Assembly (NCBI GenBank): GCA_002633005.1
Contig: NMRA01000025.1
Location: forward strand, 941,338 to 995,716
DNA from: Phoronis australis
Lineage: Eukaryota > Animalia > Phoronida
DNA: 54,379 bases
Reading direction: 5' to 3'
Shown here: positions 44,101 to 54,379 of the stretch, in pieces
Position numbering within the stretch: the stretch's first letter is position 1
Layout of the letters: each line of letters begins with the position of its first letter
Notes under the pieces: generated by a model
The model's database searches: none
What the model saw: the letters and a program-made list of their open reading frames with translations, nothing else
What the model was told of the DNA's origin: nothing
Position numbers and translations under genes: made by a program

Positions 44101-47100
44101 CGTGACCAACATAACAAACCTGCCCACTACCAGTGTTGTCGCTAGCTCTCAATAAATCACGGAAACCAATGATCTGCCTCTTCAAGATTTTGTCCAGATC
44201 ATCGGATGATACTCGTACCTGCAACAACAATGTTACTTAAAGGTACCAGAAACCCGCATCTTTTGTCAAACAAATTTTAAGTTAGATCACTCACTGTTGT
44301 TTTAAAATCGGTCTTGTATTGTTCCTTTCTTAGAAATGATTGAATTCTAGGCTGAAGAAGAACCAACAGTTCACTAATAGCTTCAGAAACATTCATTTTG
44401 AAAGGAGTCAATGGGAAAATTCCAACTGACGCTGATGAAGACTTTTCTTCGCACTAAAAGAGCATGGTTTATAATGGTTTACAGTTATCGTTTTGTCTTT
44501 TGGTGATCAGCTTTCCAGTTGTTCTCTGGAGCCTTGAGAATTGATAATTATAGTGGCAGTTGGAAGGAGTATGCGTGAAAGTTGCCAACATACAACACTG
44601 CCGGGTATTCGATAAATTCCGCCTTGGTGTCAAAAAGCGAATCTGGCAAAATTTTCTCAAATTCAAACAAAAATAACAGCCAAAAATTTTTTTTCATTTT
44701 CAAACACTCTGCCAAATATGTTCAAAATTATAACGCATGTTTATTGATGATAGTCATACTACATAACAGTTTTTTACTAATTAAGTGGAATTGTTTACCC
44801 TTGCTGAATATTTTGATCAAACAAAATTTGATTGTTCTACCACAGTGTGTTCTAAATTGACAAAAAAATTCAGTAAACCTAAAACTGTCCAGTTGCAGTG
44901 CCTCCAAATGGATGATAGTGAAGAAATAAAGTTATAGGAGCTTGTCTGAGAGACAGCGACCTATAGTCTCTGACACAGCTGATCCACCAGCCCATGCTGT
45001 AAACATCCCTTTTCAACGAGATACCGATCGACTTAAGAGTTCTAATCTTTTGAATTTCCCCAATGTCACGAGGTCAGCCTGACCATTCCTATCCACATTC
45101 CTGTCTCATTAGGGTTGACTTTATTTGCATAGTGAGGGTAATTACTCTTTTTATATCTATAAATAGAAGGCATGAAAGCATGTTGGCTGTACTTTTTATT
45201 TTCTTTGTGGGATAAAAATGATAGAAAGTGTAAAATTTCAACAGAGCAGTAAAAATTAGACAATGAGGGTGTTTGAATTTTCAAAATTGGCAGTGTTAGG
45301 TATTTTGTCAATGAAAACCCAAACCTTGATGCAAAGTAGTTCCCAGCATGGCTTATAACCTAATTATACAGCATTCCTTCCATAATTCACAATAAAAGAT
45401 GAGACTGAAAGAATGTGGATAAAACCAGTAGTGATTGTGCAATCTTCCTTAAAGGGCGTTCAAAACATGCAACACCACTTACATATGTCAGGTCGATGAA
45501 GTCACAATCCACGTCAGTCATGCCGACAGTGCCAACAGAGTAGCTACCTTGTTCTTTGTACTGGAACTACAACACATGTCATTACAACAAACAGGTGGAA
45601 CAAGACAAAAGCATTCAGAGAGAATGACCTTGAACTCCTAGTCATGACGGCTGGGGGAGGAAGTCAATTTTACCAATATAATACGCTCTTGTTGTGGCCG
45701 AGAATGACACGGAATTAACAAAAAGGTGGTCAAGCCATTCTGAATTTCGTTGTTACAAGTCATTTTTGCTATTCACACAATTAGCACTAATGACGGGAAT
45801 GTATTTCGTCTTGAACATCATATTTTGTTTTAGCCAAGTTTTCAATGGAACAAGAGTATAAAGAGAAACCTGAACTTCATTTCTAAAATCTTATTTAATT
45901 GGTCTATTTACAACAACCTCTAGCCTGTTTACTTTAGCATGACATTTCGACTATCTTCAGGTCTCACAGCAATCATAAAAAAATAATTGCAATCGGTCTG
46001 GTACACGTAGTACCAGACATGCACAGGCTGCGCATTTGGGCCCACTGCACTGATCACCTGGAACCATTTTTGTGCTTCATTAATATATAGTTAAAACCGA
46101 GCTGTGGAGCTAGAAATCTGACTCAAGAGTCTAGCAGTATGGCCCAGCAAGACTCAAACCCATGACCTCGAGTAAAGAAACCAGGCACCCAATACACTAG
46201 GTCACACTGCCTTCTTCATAACATTTATACTATGGGTATCTGGTACACTGATGGTGGAAATGTAGACTGTACTTTCCTGGAACACCACAGCGTTTGAAGC
46301 TGATACCTCTCAGTTGTTAGTCAAGCACTCTTGCCATTAGACCACTGCCAAAAGACATCTATTAAGGAGTTGGTGTAAACAGACAAAGAGATTTTAGAAA
46401 TCCTGTTGTACTACATCACCACCTTGAAGTGGTTCTTAAAAGCCATTGTCTCGATTTTATTGAATGTTATGGTGTGCGTTGGCATATTGAACAGTTGTTT
46501 TAAAGAAAACGAGTGTCCTTAATGCTTCTTATCGAACACACTACAAGCCCACGAGTCATGTTTTTAATCAATTTGGAGTGAATCTGAAGAATTTTACTGC
46601 CCCACAGTCAGGGCCGGATTAGGCAATTGCAGGGCCTGTAGCATAAGTTGAAGTGCGGGGCCTGACTCATGGTAATGCAACGATTATCATCAATGGGTAA
46701 TTTCAGGATTAATTCACACAGCACTAATCAGGGACCCCCCACTAATCAGGGACCCCGTGCTAATCAAGGGACCCCCCACTAATCAAGGACTCCCCACTAA
46801 TCAAGGGACCCCGCGCTAATCAGGGACCCCACGCTCGAGACAGTTGATATCAAGAATGCTACTTTTGTCATTTTTCGCAAATTAAAATTTTACAGATTTC
46901 ACTGCATTGTATTTTTAAATACCCAAACCGTAAATTCAAGACTGGTTAGAAAAATCTGTGTAACGAATTCCTGGTGCCTTGGTGAGTCTCCGCGGTTTTT
47001 GTGTGTACGCTTCAGTTTTACTTCAGCAGCACTACGGCACCTACAATTCTTTGAACATCACTAATCACTGGGGCACTGCACCCTTAACCCTGCACATATT

Positions 47101-49064
47101 GCAAGTAGCAGGGTCCAAGCTTAAACTTTCCAAATAGGGTCTGCATTACCTCACATGAGTGCTTCCATAGGCGTAGCAACACCAGTACACGTAACGGTAT
47201 TGGTGCCTTTAAAAATGCTGTGAGTGCAGGGCTCCAAAAAGCAAGGGGACCGTAGCATATGCTTTGCAACTTTTGCTACGTTGTTAATTGGGTACTGCCC
47301 ACTGTACTAGCATATGCAGAAATTATTTTCACAAACAAATCTTCAGTTATTCAACTCAAATGTTTCATACTTGCCAATTTAAATATGCCAGGGAGAGAAC
47401 CCATAACCTACCTTGCCTAAAGTTCTGTGGAACATGAGGGTGTGAAAGATGCTGGCAACCACCTCTTCTATCTGCCTGCCCTCTATTGTCTGAACAAAAA
47501 GACATGTATCTTGTCAAATTCAGCTAGTCTGAGTCACACACAGATATTCTTTGAAAGATTGACAAGAACACTATGGGAATGCAAGAGCATCTAACAATAT
47601 AGTTGACAACATTTCTGTGTCTTTAATAATTCTGTGTACATTAAGGGGCTGATCCCAAACAACACTGACCTTACAATAATAAGGTCAACAATTAAATCCA
47701 AGTTCCTGTACTTGTAAAAAAGGTAAAATGGCAAATATTTAGATATATCTCACAATGCATAACAGCCCCTGTGATGGCCTGATCTGATGCTCATAGGTCA
47801 CCTGGGCTAAGCTACTGCGAAAACAGGCGACCAAACATTTTAGAGAGCGAACATGATAAAAACAGACCAGCATTTTAGAAAGTGAGCATAATTTCAGGGA
47901 GCTCATATGTAAATGTTCAACAACCAATTTGCAGGTGCTTCAATCCTCAAAATAAACAACCTTTCAGAGAGTAGTCCCTTTAACAAAACTAACCAACAAA
48001 ACATAAAATTCTTTTGAAGATTTCTTATTTCAAGGACCATCAACCGAGTCCTTCACCCACAAAGTGTGTACGTTTGCATGGAATTTAATTAAAAAGGCAC
48101 TTTGTTATAGAACTTGAGCCTAGTAGTGAAAACTCTATCCAACAGTAGGCTGACCCATTTATGCCACACCCTCCCCATGTAATGGGTCGATGAAACTCTT
48201 CCTCAGCCATCGTAGCCCAGTCAACTGGCTATACTAGACACGTGTGAAGCACTTGACGTCTGGGGGTGATGCACAGCCAATCGAGTAAAGTCTGCTCAAA
48301 TTGTTTACCAATTGGCAATAGCTTATTGGTCAATTGGTTTGGATGCTTATATATAGCTCACACACAAGAAATTCCAAGTTTGTCTCAATATTTGTACAAT
48401 TTCAACGTTCTAACATGATTGGACAATCACTTCAGTGGTCAACATTTTCTTTCTTTCTTTCTCTTCTTTACACTTCACACTCAAAGTAGAGTATCCCAAA
48501 GTGGTTCTCATTCATTCCCTTGCATTCATTCACTCACTAGTAAGACTGAGCCCAGAGGATCAGTAGGAGACACTTGTGAAATGCTCGATTGTCTACCAGC
48601 AAGTAAAACCAGGAATAAGGATTCGAACCCGGGTCTCTCGAACGGGAGTCCAGAGCTCAAACCACTGAGCCACACTGTCTCCTTTGCTAGGATATGCTGG
48701 TGGGTCTAGGGTCCTCCAGTATCCTTGCGTGAAACACTAACTATGAACTTAATCTCTGCTATTCAGAGACTGAATTGATTCCTGAGCAGCCATTTTGAAT
48801 GGGGATTGTTTTGACTTTTACTCTCGCACGCTTTTGTGTAGTCGTTTTTTGGTGAGTTTCTCAGGTCCACGGAACGCACCCTGGTGTTGGACCACACTCG
48901 GAGTTTTTAAATATAACCAGGAAGCATCTAGTGAGCTCATCATAACCCTGGCTTTATTTAGGCCAGTCAGGCTCAGAACAACTGAATTTTGGGACGAGTC
49001 AAACAATCGCAGCGATTTACAGCACAAACCATACCAGGTCAAACACTTGCGAACGAGCATTCAT
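41029..49064 (-). CDS. ATG101: Autophagy-related protein 101 (HORMA domain, ULK1/ATG13 complex), 219 aa, 7 coding exons
   Basis: Exons 49064-49035, 47489-47412, 45566-45483, 44218-44120, 43019-42905, 42190-42024 and 41115-41029 total 660 nt in frame. [73 protein letters not shown]..[25 protein letters not shown]..-..[29 protein letters not shown] is collinear with remembered ATG101; the WF finger is intact. Confidence 0.97.
42024..42190 (-). CDS. ATG101: ATG101 coding exon 6
   Basis: [56 protein letters not shown]. Confidence 0.96.
42905..43019 (-). CDS. ATG101: ATG101 coding exon 5
   Basis: [38 protein letters not shown]. Confidence 0.96.
43020..43375. repeat. 27-33 bp minisatellite interrupted by a MITE
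   Basis: Core ATAATGGTATTCATGGCACTCAACAT at 43020-43152 and 43300-43375. Confidence 0.85.
43153..43299. mobile_element. hAT-type MITE, 147 bp
   Basis: TIR CAATGCTGTAGTGG / CCACTACAGCGCTG; 8-bp TSD TGCACGAT/TGCATGAT. Confidence 0.75.
43573..43820. mobile_element. MITE
   Basis: TIR CATGCGCGCACCCAG / CTGGATGAGCGCATG; no clear TSD. Confidence 0.6.
44120..44218 (-). CDS. ATG101: ATG101 coding exon 4
   Basis: [33 protein letters not shown]; AG/GT flanks. Confidence 0.95.
45483..45566 (-). CDS. ATG101: ATG101 coding exon 3
   Basis: [28 protein letters not shown]; donor GTAAGT. Confidence 0.95.
46609..47297. mobile_element. hAT-type non-autonomous element with internal ~20-bp repeats (46722-46830)
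   Basis: Degenerate TIR CAGGGCCGGATTA / TAATTGGGTACTG; 8-bp TSD CCCACAGT/CCCACTGT; CTAATCAGGGACCCC repeats. Confidence 0.65.
47412..47489 (-). CDS. ATG101: ATG101 coding exon 2
   Basis: [26 protein letters not shown]; AG/GT flanks. Confidence 0.95.
48445..48682 (-). mobile_element. tRNA-derived SINE in ATG101 intron 1
   Basis: Minus strand A box GTGGCTCAGTGG (48673-48662), B box GGTTCGAATCC (48629-48619), (AAAG)n-like tail near 48445-48465. Confidence 0.75.
49035..49064 (-). CDS. ATG101: ATG101 coding exon 1
   Basis: [10 protein letters not shown]; donor GTATGG. Confidence 0.9.
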
Positions 49065-49166
49065 GATTCAATATTCTCATTGTACACAGCTCCCATCAAA
49101 TCACATTTCCAGAGATTTATGCCTCATTTTTGTGAGCAAAGTTCCCTCTCCCATTAAATGTTTACA

Positions 49167-49221
49167 GCGGAAGTGGTGTTGTGCGTGAACTTGGAATAAA
49201 TTTCTATTCTAAGTTCACGCA
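49167..49221. promoter_or_regulatory. ATG101 proximal promoter: ETS-like motif and palindrome
   Basis: GCGGAAGTG at 49167-49175, about 100 bp upstream of the ATG; 17-bp-arm inverted repeat at 49182-49221. Confidence 0.4.
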
Positions 49222-50519
49222 GTGATCTTGAGATTAAGCAAGCGTTTACGACATCTAGTGTGCAGCTACTAAGTAAAATTTCGAATGGTGTACACGAATT
49301 TGTTTTTCGTGAGTTATTGTTTCTGTTTTAATTATTTTTATTGCCCATTCTGTATGTTATTCTGGTCTTGGTATGGGTGACTGGCAATCTGGGACCTTTA
49401 CAATGATAAGGATTAAGCCGGAGCTAGGTCGGATGCAATGAACAACTAGTACCGTACCGTACTGAGAGGGGTTTACCTGCCATCTCATTCCCCCGTTTAT
49501 ACGCCAGTGCTTAGAGCTCGCAATTTGCTCGTAATTGGTGGAAGTGTTTTCATTTTATATCTCACTTATGACATCGTCAATCGTTGCCAGCTTATATGGC
49601 CTTAAGCAGGGATTAAGGAAGAAGTTCAGATAACACGTACTTGTTGAGTAAAAGTGTTAGTTTTGGCAAATAAAGTGGAAATACTAATTTCATTTTTAAA
49701 CGTGCAATTAAATGAATATTAGTTTTTCATTGGTATGCTGTGTGATGTCATCAGGTCTAAATAAAAGTGATGTCGACAATCAGACAAGATAGTTACAGAA
49801 CACAACTCTCTCGAGGTTCTGTTGACAGGTTTTGAATTGTTCTCATGAATAGACTTTTCTGGCCCTACGATTACCTTTGTCTGTTCAGTACAGACCCACG
49901 TAACAATACGCCAATGTATGTAAAGACAAAAGTGGCCCAGTGAATTATACTGTCACGGTCTGTCGGTACCACTTGCTTTGGCACAATATCTTACAAACCA
50001 CTGCCAGCATTCCGTTCGCTGCCGTGAAAAGCAGCAGACAGAGTGAGGTTACATATGAATATGCGTCTTTTTGCAGGTTGTCGACATCTCTAAATACAAT
50101 TGAAAACATTTAACAACTGGACTGAAACATGGTGGCATACAGTAATGTTTGATACAAATGTTCCCGTGAGTATATGGAGGAGCATACAGACTCGGGTAAT
50201 GACATAGTTATTTAAATTGGTTTTTCATTGCAAGATCGGACTTTTGGCAGCTTTCTATGCAGTTGTCATTGTCCTTGAAGGTTGTCTTCTATACCAAAAG
50301 TGTTTGTTCCATCAACTCTTTCATTTATAGGTTATATTCATTTGTCTATAGCATAGTACGTGGGCGGGGACCCAGAGGGCACGACCCCAACAAAGTAAAA
50401 AAGAAACAGCGCTAGCGTGAAGCGCGAAGAAAAAAAGGCGAGTTCAGAAACTAGGACCCGGTGGCGGACGGGGGCTCAGGTCCCAGATCGCGGCGGAACC
50501 GCGTGTTCCCGTTTTTTTA

Positions 50520-50815
50520 GGAAGCGCAGGCACGGCACGACGTAGCACTGACTTAGGCGGGCCCCAGCCACAGCTGCCGATCGGCCAAACAGGCACGGCA
50601 CGACTGACGTAGCACTTAGGTGGGCTCACTGCAGCCAAGCTGCCGATAGCAGCGCAGGCACGGCACGACGTAGCACTTAGGCGGGCCTAGCCTAGGTGCC
50701 GAAGGCAGCGCAGGCAGGCTCCGACGTAGCGCTTAGTAGGCGGGCGCCAGCCAAGCTGCCGAAGACAGCACAGGCGGGCTCCAACGCAGCACGTAGGCGG
50801 GCCCAACTGAGCTGC
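50520..50815 (+). repeat. GC-rich ~57-bp minisatellite, diverged left block
   Basis: Variants of CGTAGCACTTAGGCGGGCC..GCCAAGCTGCCGAAGGCAGCGCAGGC. Confidence 0.85.
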
Positions 50816-50839
50816 ACATAACCTAGGACTATAATATAT

Positions 50840-52712
50840 TACTCCCAGACATAACGTAGAATTGTCGTGAGGTGACTTCACAGGGACATCAGGGTCACAC
50901 TCCTCTGATTTATCCACGGGGCGCACGGGTAAGTGCATTGGCGGAGCGGAGACGGGACTGAGATTTGAGGTTTGCGGACTTTTGTTACTGATTAGGAAGT
51001 TTCCGCGGGTTTTGGTCGCGAAACGAAATGTGTCGATTTCACCGTCAATAATCGACACATTTTAAAATGCGCGTTTTCACTATACCCTATATCGTGCCAC
51101 TGTTGTTCTTTTCAAAACGCTTTGCCTCGTCACACATTGTGTGTCAAAGCTAGAAGAGATCAGCATAATTGCAGCTGACGGACACAGCAAGTAGAACTAC
51201 TCTCGTTAATCACATTGGTGTAGACTCTCAGTTAAACTGTGGTCTTCTGTTGACCCCTGACCGTCCAATTCCGGACGGTCTCTTACGACGATTTAGCGTG
51301 GGCTCCGAGGTAGCACTTAGGCGGGCCCCAGCCAAGCTGCCGAAGGCAGTGAGCGCAGGCAGGCTCCAACGTAGCACGTACTTACGCGGGCCCCAGCCAG
51401 GTTGCCGAAGGCAGCGCAAGCAGAATCCGGCGTAACACTTAGGCGGGCCTCAACCAGGCTGCCGAAGGCAGCGCAGGAAGGCTCCGGCGTAGCACTTAGG
51501 CGGCCCTCAGCCAGGCTGCTGTAGGCAGCGCAGGCTGGTTCGGGCGTAGCACATAGGCGGGCCTCAGTCAGCCAGGCTGCCGGAGTCAGAGGGCAGGCAG
51601 GCTCCGGCGTAGCACTTAGGCGGGCCTCAGCCAGGCTGCCGAAGGCAGCGCAGGAAGGCTCCGATGTAGCACTTAGGCGGGCCTCAGCCAGGCTGCAAAA
51701 AGCAGCACAAGCAGGCTCTGGCGTAGCATTTAGGCGGGCCTCAGCCAGGCTGCCGAAGGCAGCGCAGGCAGACTCCGGCGTAGCACCTAGGCGGGCCTCA
51801 GCCAGGCTGCCGAAGGCAGCGCAGGCAGGCTCCCGCATAACGCTAAACCCTCGTGAGAGACCGCCCCGAGTTGGCTGCTGGAGCATCTCGGGGCGGTCTG
51901 GGATCAAGCAATATATACCTACCCGACAGCAAGCGAAAAAAAACTCACGTTCATTGTACTTGCACGCACTTACAACGTACGAGTGAACCATGTTAGCTAT
52001 TTCAGTATTCACACGCAATTTCGAATGAATTTGCAGTGCGTAATTAATTTTATTGCCGCTAAAAGTTAATTATTTTACCGCCCTCAGCCGAGAGGTGGGT
52101 TCACTGTTGATCTACGTAAAAGAAGGTCAACAGTTCATTGATTTACACACCACACGCCAGGAGAATGATAAGAAGCCAAGTAAGAAATGGATAACAGAAA
52201 TCTGCTGTGTTCGTGACCACATAGTCACAGACGCGTTAGGCGACTCGGAGTATTCGTTCAAAAAGGTAGTATGTATGTAGACGCACAACTCCCTCAAGCT
52301 CAAAACTACGTTTCGTCTTTGTTTTCCCGGTGTCGCGTGAAATTTCTTCCCCGTGAAATTTCTTCCCAATCCGACTTTGCGCATGCGCAGATTGGCCAGG
52401 TTGGCATCCGGTCTTGAGAGCGTGAAATTTCTTCCCAAGGCAATTCTGTACGCTACTGTGAGACAGTTGAGTCGTTATCTGCTACGAACACGAATATTCC
52501 AGACGTTTTTTGCAATGATGCATGATCTCAAGTACAGTGAGAGTGACGTGAAGAAGTTTTTGGAGGATGGATCCCATCCGTTGACTTTGACGANCTTATC
52601 GATAATCGCCATTACGCAATATCTGGGAAAAGCCAATCAGCGTTGAGACAAGACTTTGTCACGTCCCTACTAAAGTGATAGGCTTACTGCTATTATTATT
52701 GACTCTGGTTTA
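50840..52712 (+). pseudogene. Possible ankyrin-repeat/SOCS-box (ASB-like) pseudogene remnants
   Basis: GHTPLIY at 50893-50913 before donor GTAAGT; frameshifted QVELL/VNHIGVD near 51190-51230; phase-compatible exons 52088-52265 and 52503 onward ending HPLTLTxLSIIAITQYLG, which continues KPISVETRLCHVPTKVIGLLL after a 1-nt shift. Confidence 0.35.
51300..51835 (+). repeat. GC-rich 57-bp minisatellite, about 9 copies
   Basis: Unit GGCTCCGGCGTAGCACTTAGGCGGGCCTCAGCCAGGCTGCCGAAGGCAGCGCAGGCA. Confidence 0.95.
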
Positions 52713-54379
52713 AAAAATTAAGTGAAATCTGTTGAGTCTACATTTGCTATAATAAAACTGAAGTATGTTTGTAGTTGTTAAGCAAGGTTATCATGTCTTT
52801 CGTAAGTCAAACCCTGCAGCGCTGTAGTACTGAGTCTCTGCATTTAGCCAAAATATTTACAGATTACTCCAACCTAGTAGACACTCTAGGAATGATATAT
52901 TTTTTAATTGTTGAATGTCAATAGAGTTTGATTTTAGTCTGTATATTTTCTGTGTGGTATTAATTAGCTGAGTAATGCGACCATGTACTGTTTGATTTAA
53001 ATAAAGGTAATCACAAAAAAACTGTTACGAGTTTTCTAAATTATCTGGATTAGAACAAACAATTTGAGTAAAATTTAACAGGCAAGCCCTGCCGTGTTTA
53101 AGCTCTTACTAAAGTAAACACTTAAGTTGGTTGTTACTAGTTCTCATAGAGAATATTGTACAGTATTATTCAGCATTCATATACTGTTGTGAGTTAATGA
53201 ATTTTGTGCCATTTAGTACGCATCTAGTTGTAATGACTTCCTTTGAGTTTAGCAAAAGTTCATAACATTGCTTCGCGAAATTCCTCTTGTAGTTGCGGTG
53301 TGTATGCTGTTGTTGTTCTACCTCATTAGCCGCTGGCTGAGACTCTGCAGTCGTATAGCATGATGCCAAAAGCTTGTCTTGCTGCATGACTTCAATTCAG
53401 TATGGTATAATCTGTGGCACTGGGGATTTGTACGGAAAACTTCTTCATGATAATGAGTCGCACATTCTCATGTGTTCAGTGTCCTGAAATTAAGTTGTGA
53501 TATCTGATGGTGATACTCTAGACCGGATCGGGATTTGCCTGCATTAGAATATTTAGGTCATTCTAATATAGACAGTCTAGGCTCATGCTAGCCATTTGCC
53601 ACCATTGGCGAGTTCTGAGTGGCACTGGCGACGGTATAGCCAAGTCCATTCGCCAACTTTGCAAATGATTTTGCAGCTTAACCATAAAAATTAATTTCGG
53701 GGAAATCTACTTGTGTGTCGACTCACTGTTAGTTCGAATCAAGTCGTGCGATGAACAGAAGACTGTTTCAGCAGCAAGCGCGATCCAGTCTCTCAATAAC
53801 TTTTTACACTCACAACATGGTGTGAGCGAGTCTGAAGTATTTTAATACCGTTGAAAAGTACCCAGGGCATAAAACTGACCTGATTTGAGATATCTCAAAC
53901 ATGCAATATAAACTCAACCTTTAAATTTACTATTTTATATTACATGAATCTCTCCTTATTCTTTAAGTAACTTTACCAGTTTCAGCTCACAATTTGTCGG
54001 GTCAAATATTAATCGAGACTAGACACTGGTAGTTTTTTTCAAATCAAAATACGCAACCTGTCATATCTAATCAGCTCGCTTAATGTCACAAGTATAAAAT
54101 CAGGGCCCTCAATTATCTAAGAGGGCGTTAACCCGCGATTTTGCGGTAATTGAAAAGGAACATCTGACTGTGATAATGATGAGTCACGTAGTTTTGATTA
54201 TATGTTTTTGTTGTACATGTGTTTTAAGGAGTTACACCACCAAATTGTATGACCACTAAGGTATGTGTGAATATCTATTATTTGTATTTATGCATGTGAA
54301 TTGTTTTGATAGGCTGTAGCTTCATCCATCATGCAGTCTGTCTTCAACGTCGTCAAAGCAAGAGGAGTCAGCAGCATAC

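Noticed and set aside
51317-52018. 233-aa ORF, the longest in the track
   Set aside because: Translation of a 57-bp minisatellite with a non-ATG start; no independent coding evidence.
52053-52646. Rab40-like GTPase plus SOCS box
   Set aside because: Only superficial matches (KWITEI, TFF); no G-box motifs and wrong spacing.

Overview
AT-rich, intron- and repeat-rich animal genomic DNA, probably from an invertebrate (inferred from gene structure and repeat types; I cannot identify the species). The supplied ORF track is largely uninformative because the real genes are split into short exons. Reading splice sites by hand gives three genes. (1) The 5' part of NSFL1C/p47 on the minus strand (4 exons, 558-8280, running off the left edge). 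(2) Head-to-head with it, a 10-exon plus-strand gene (8836-23763, 331 aa) whose helical core aligns collinearly, by eye, with the fungal eisosome BAR proteins Pil1/Lsp1 and whose tail carries a PPxY motif and a C-terminal PDZ-binding motif. (3) A complete ATG101 on the minus strand (7 exons, 41029-49064, 219 aa). The most unusual non-coding feature is a young three-LTR miniature retrotransposon (6936-7900; 4-bp TSD, tRNA-Ser PBS, PPT) whose LTRs each embed a tRNA-like Pol III A/B-box cassette, reminiscent of 5S-carrying Cassandra elements. Also present: a MULE-like foldback element, many MITEs, a Helentron-like repeat carrying an array of CTCF-like motifs, a tRNA-SINE, an L1/Tx1 endonuclease relic, several minisatellites and possible ankyrin/SOCS-box pseudogene remnants. 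All homology calls rest on remembered family sequences, not database searches.
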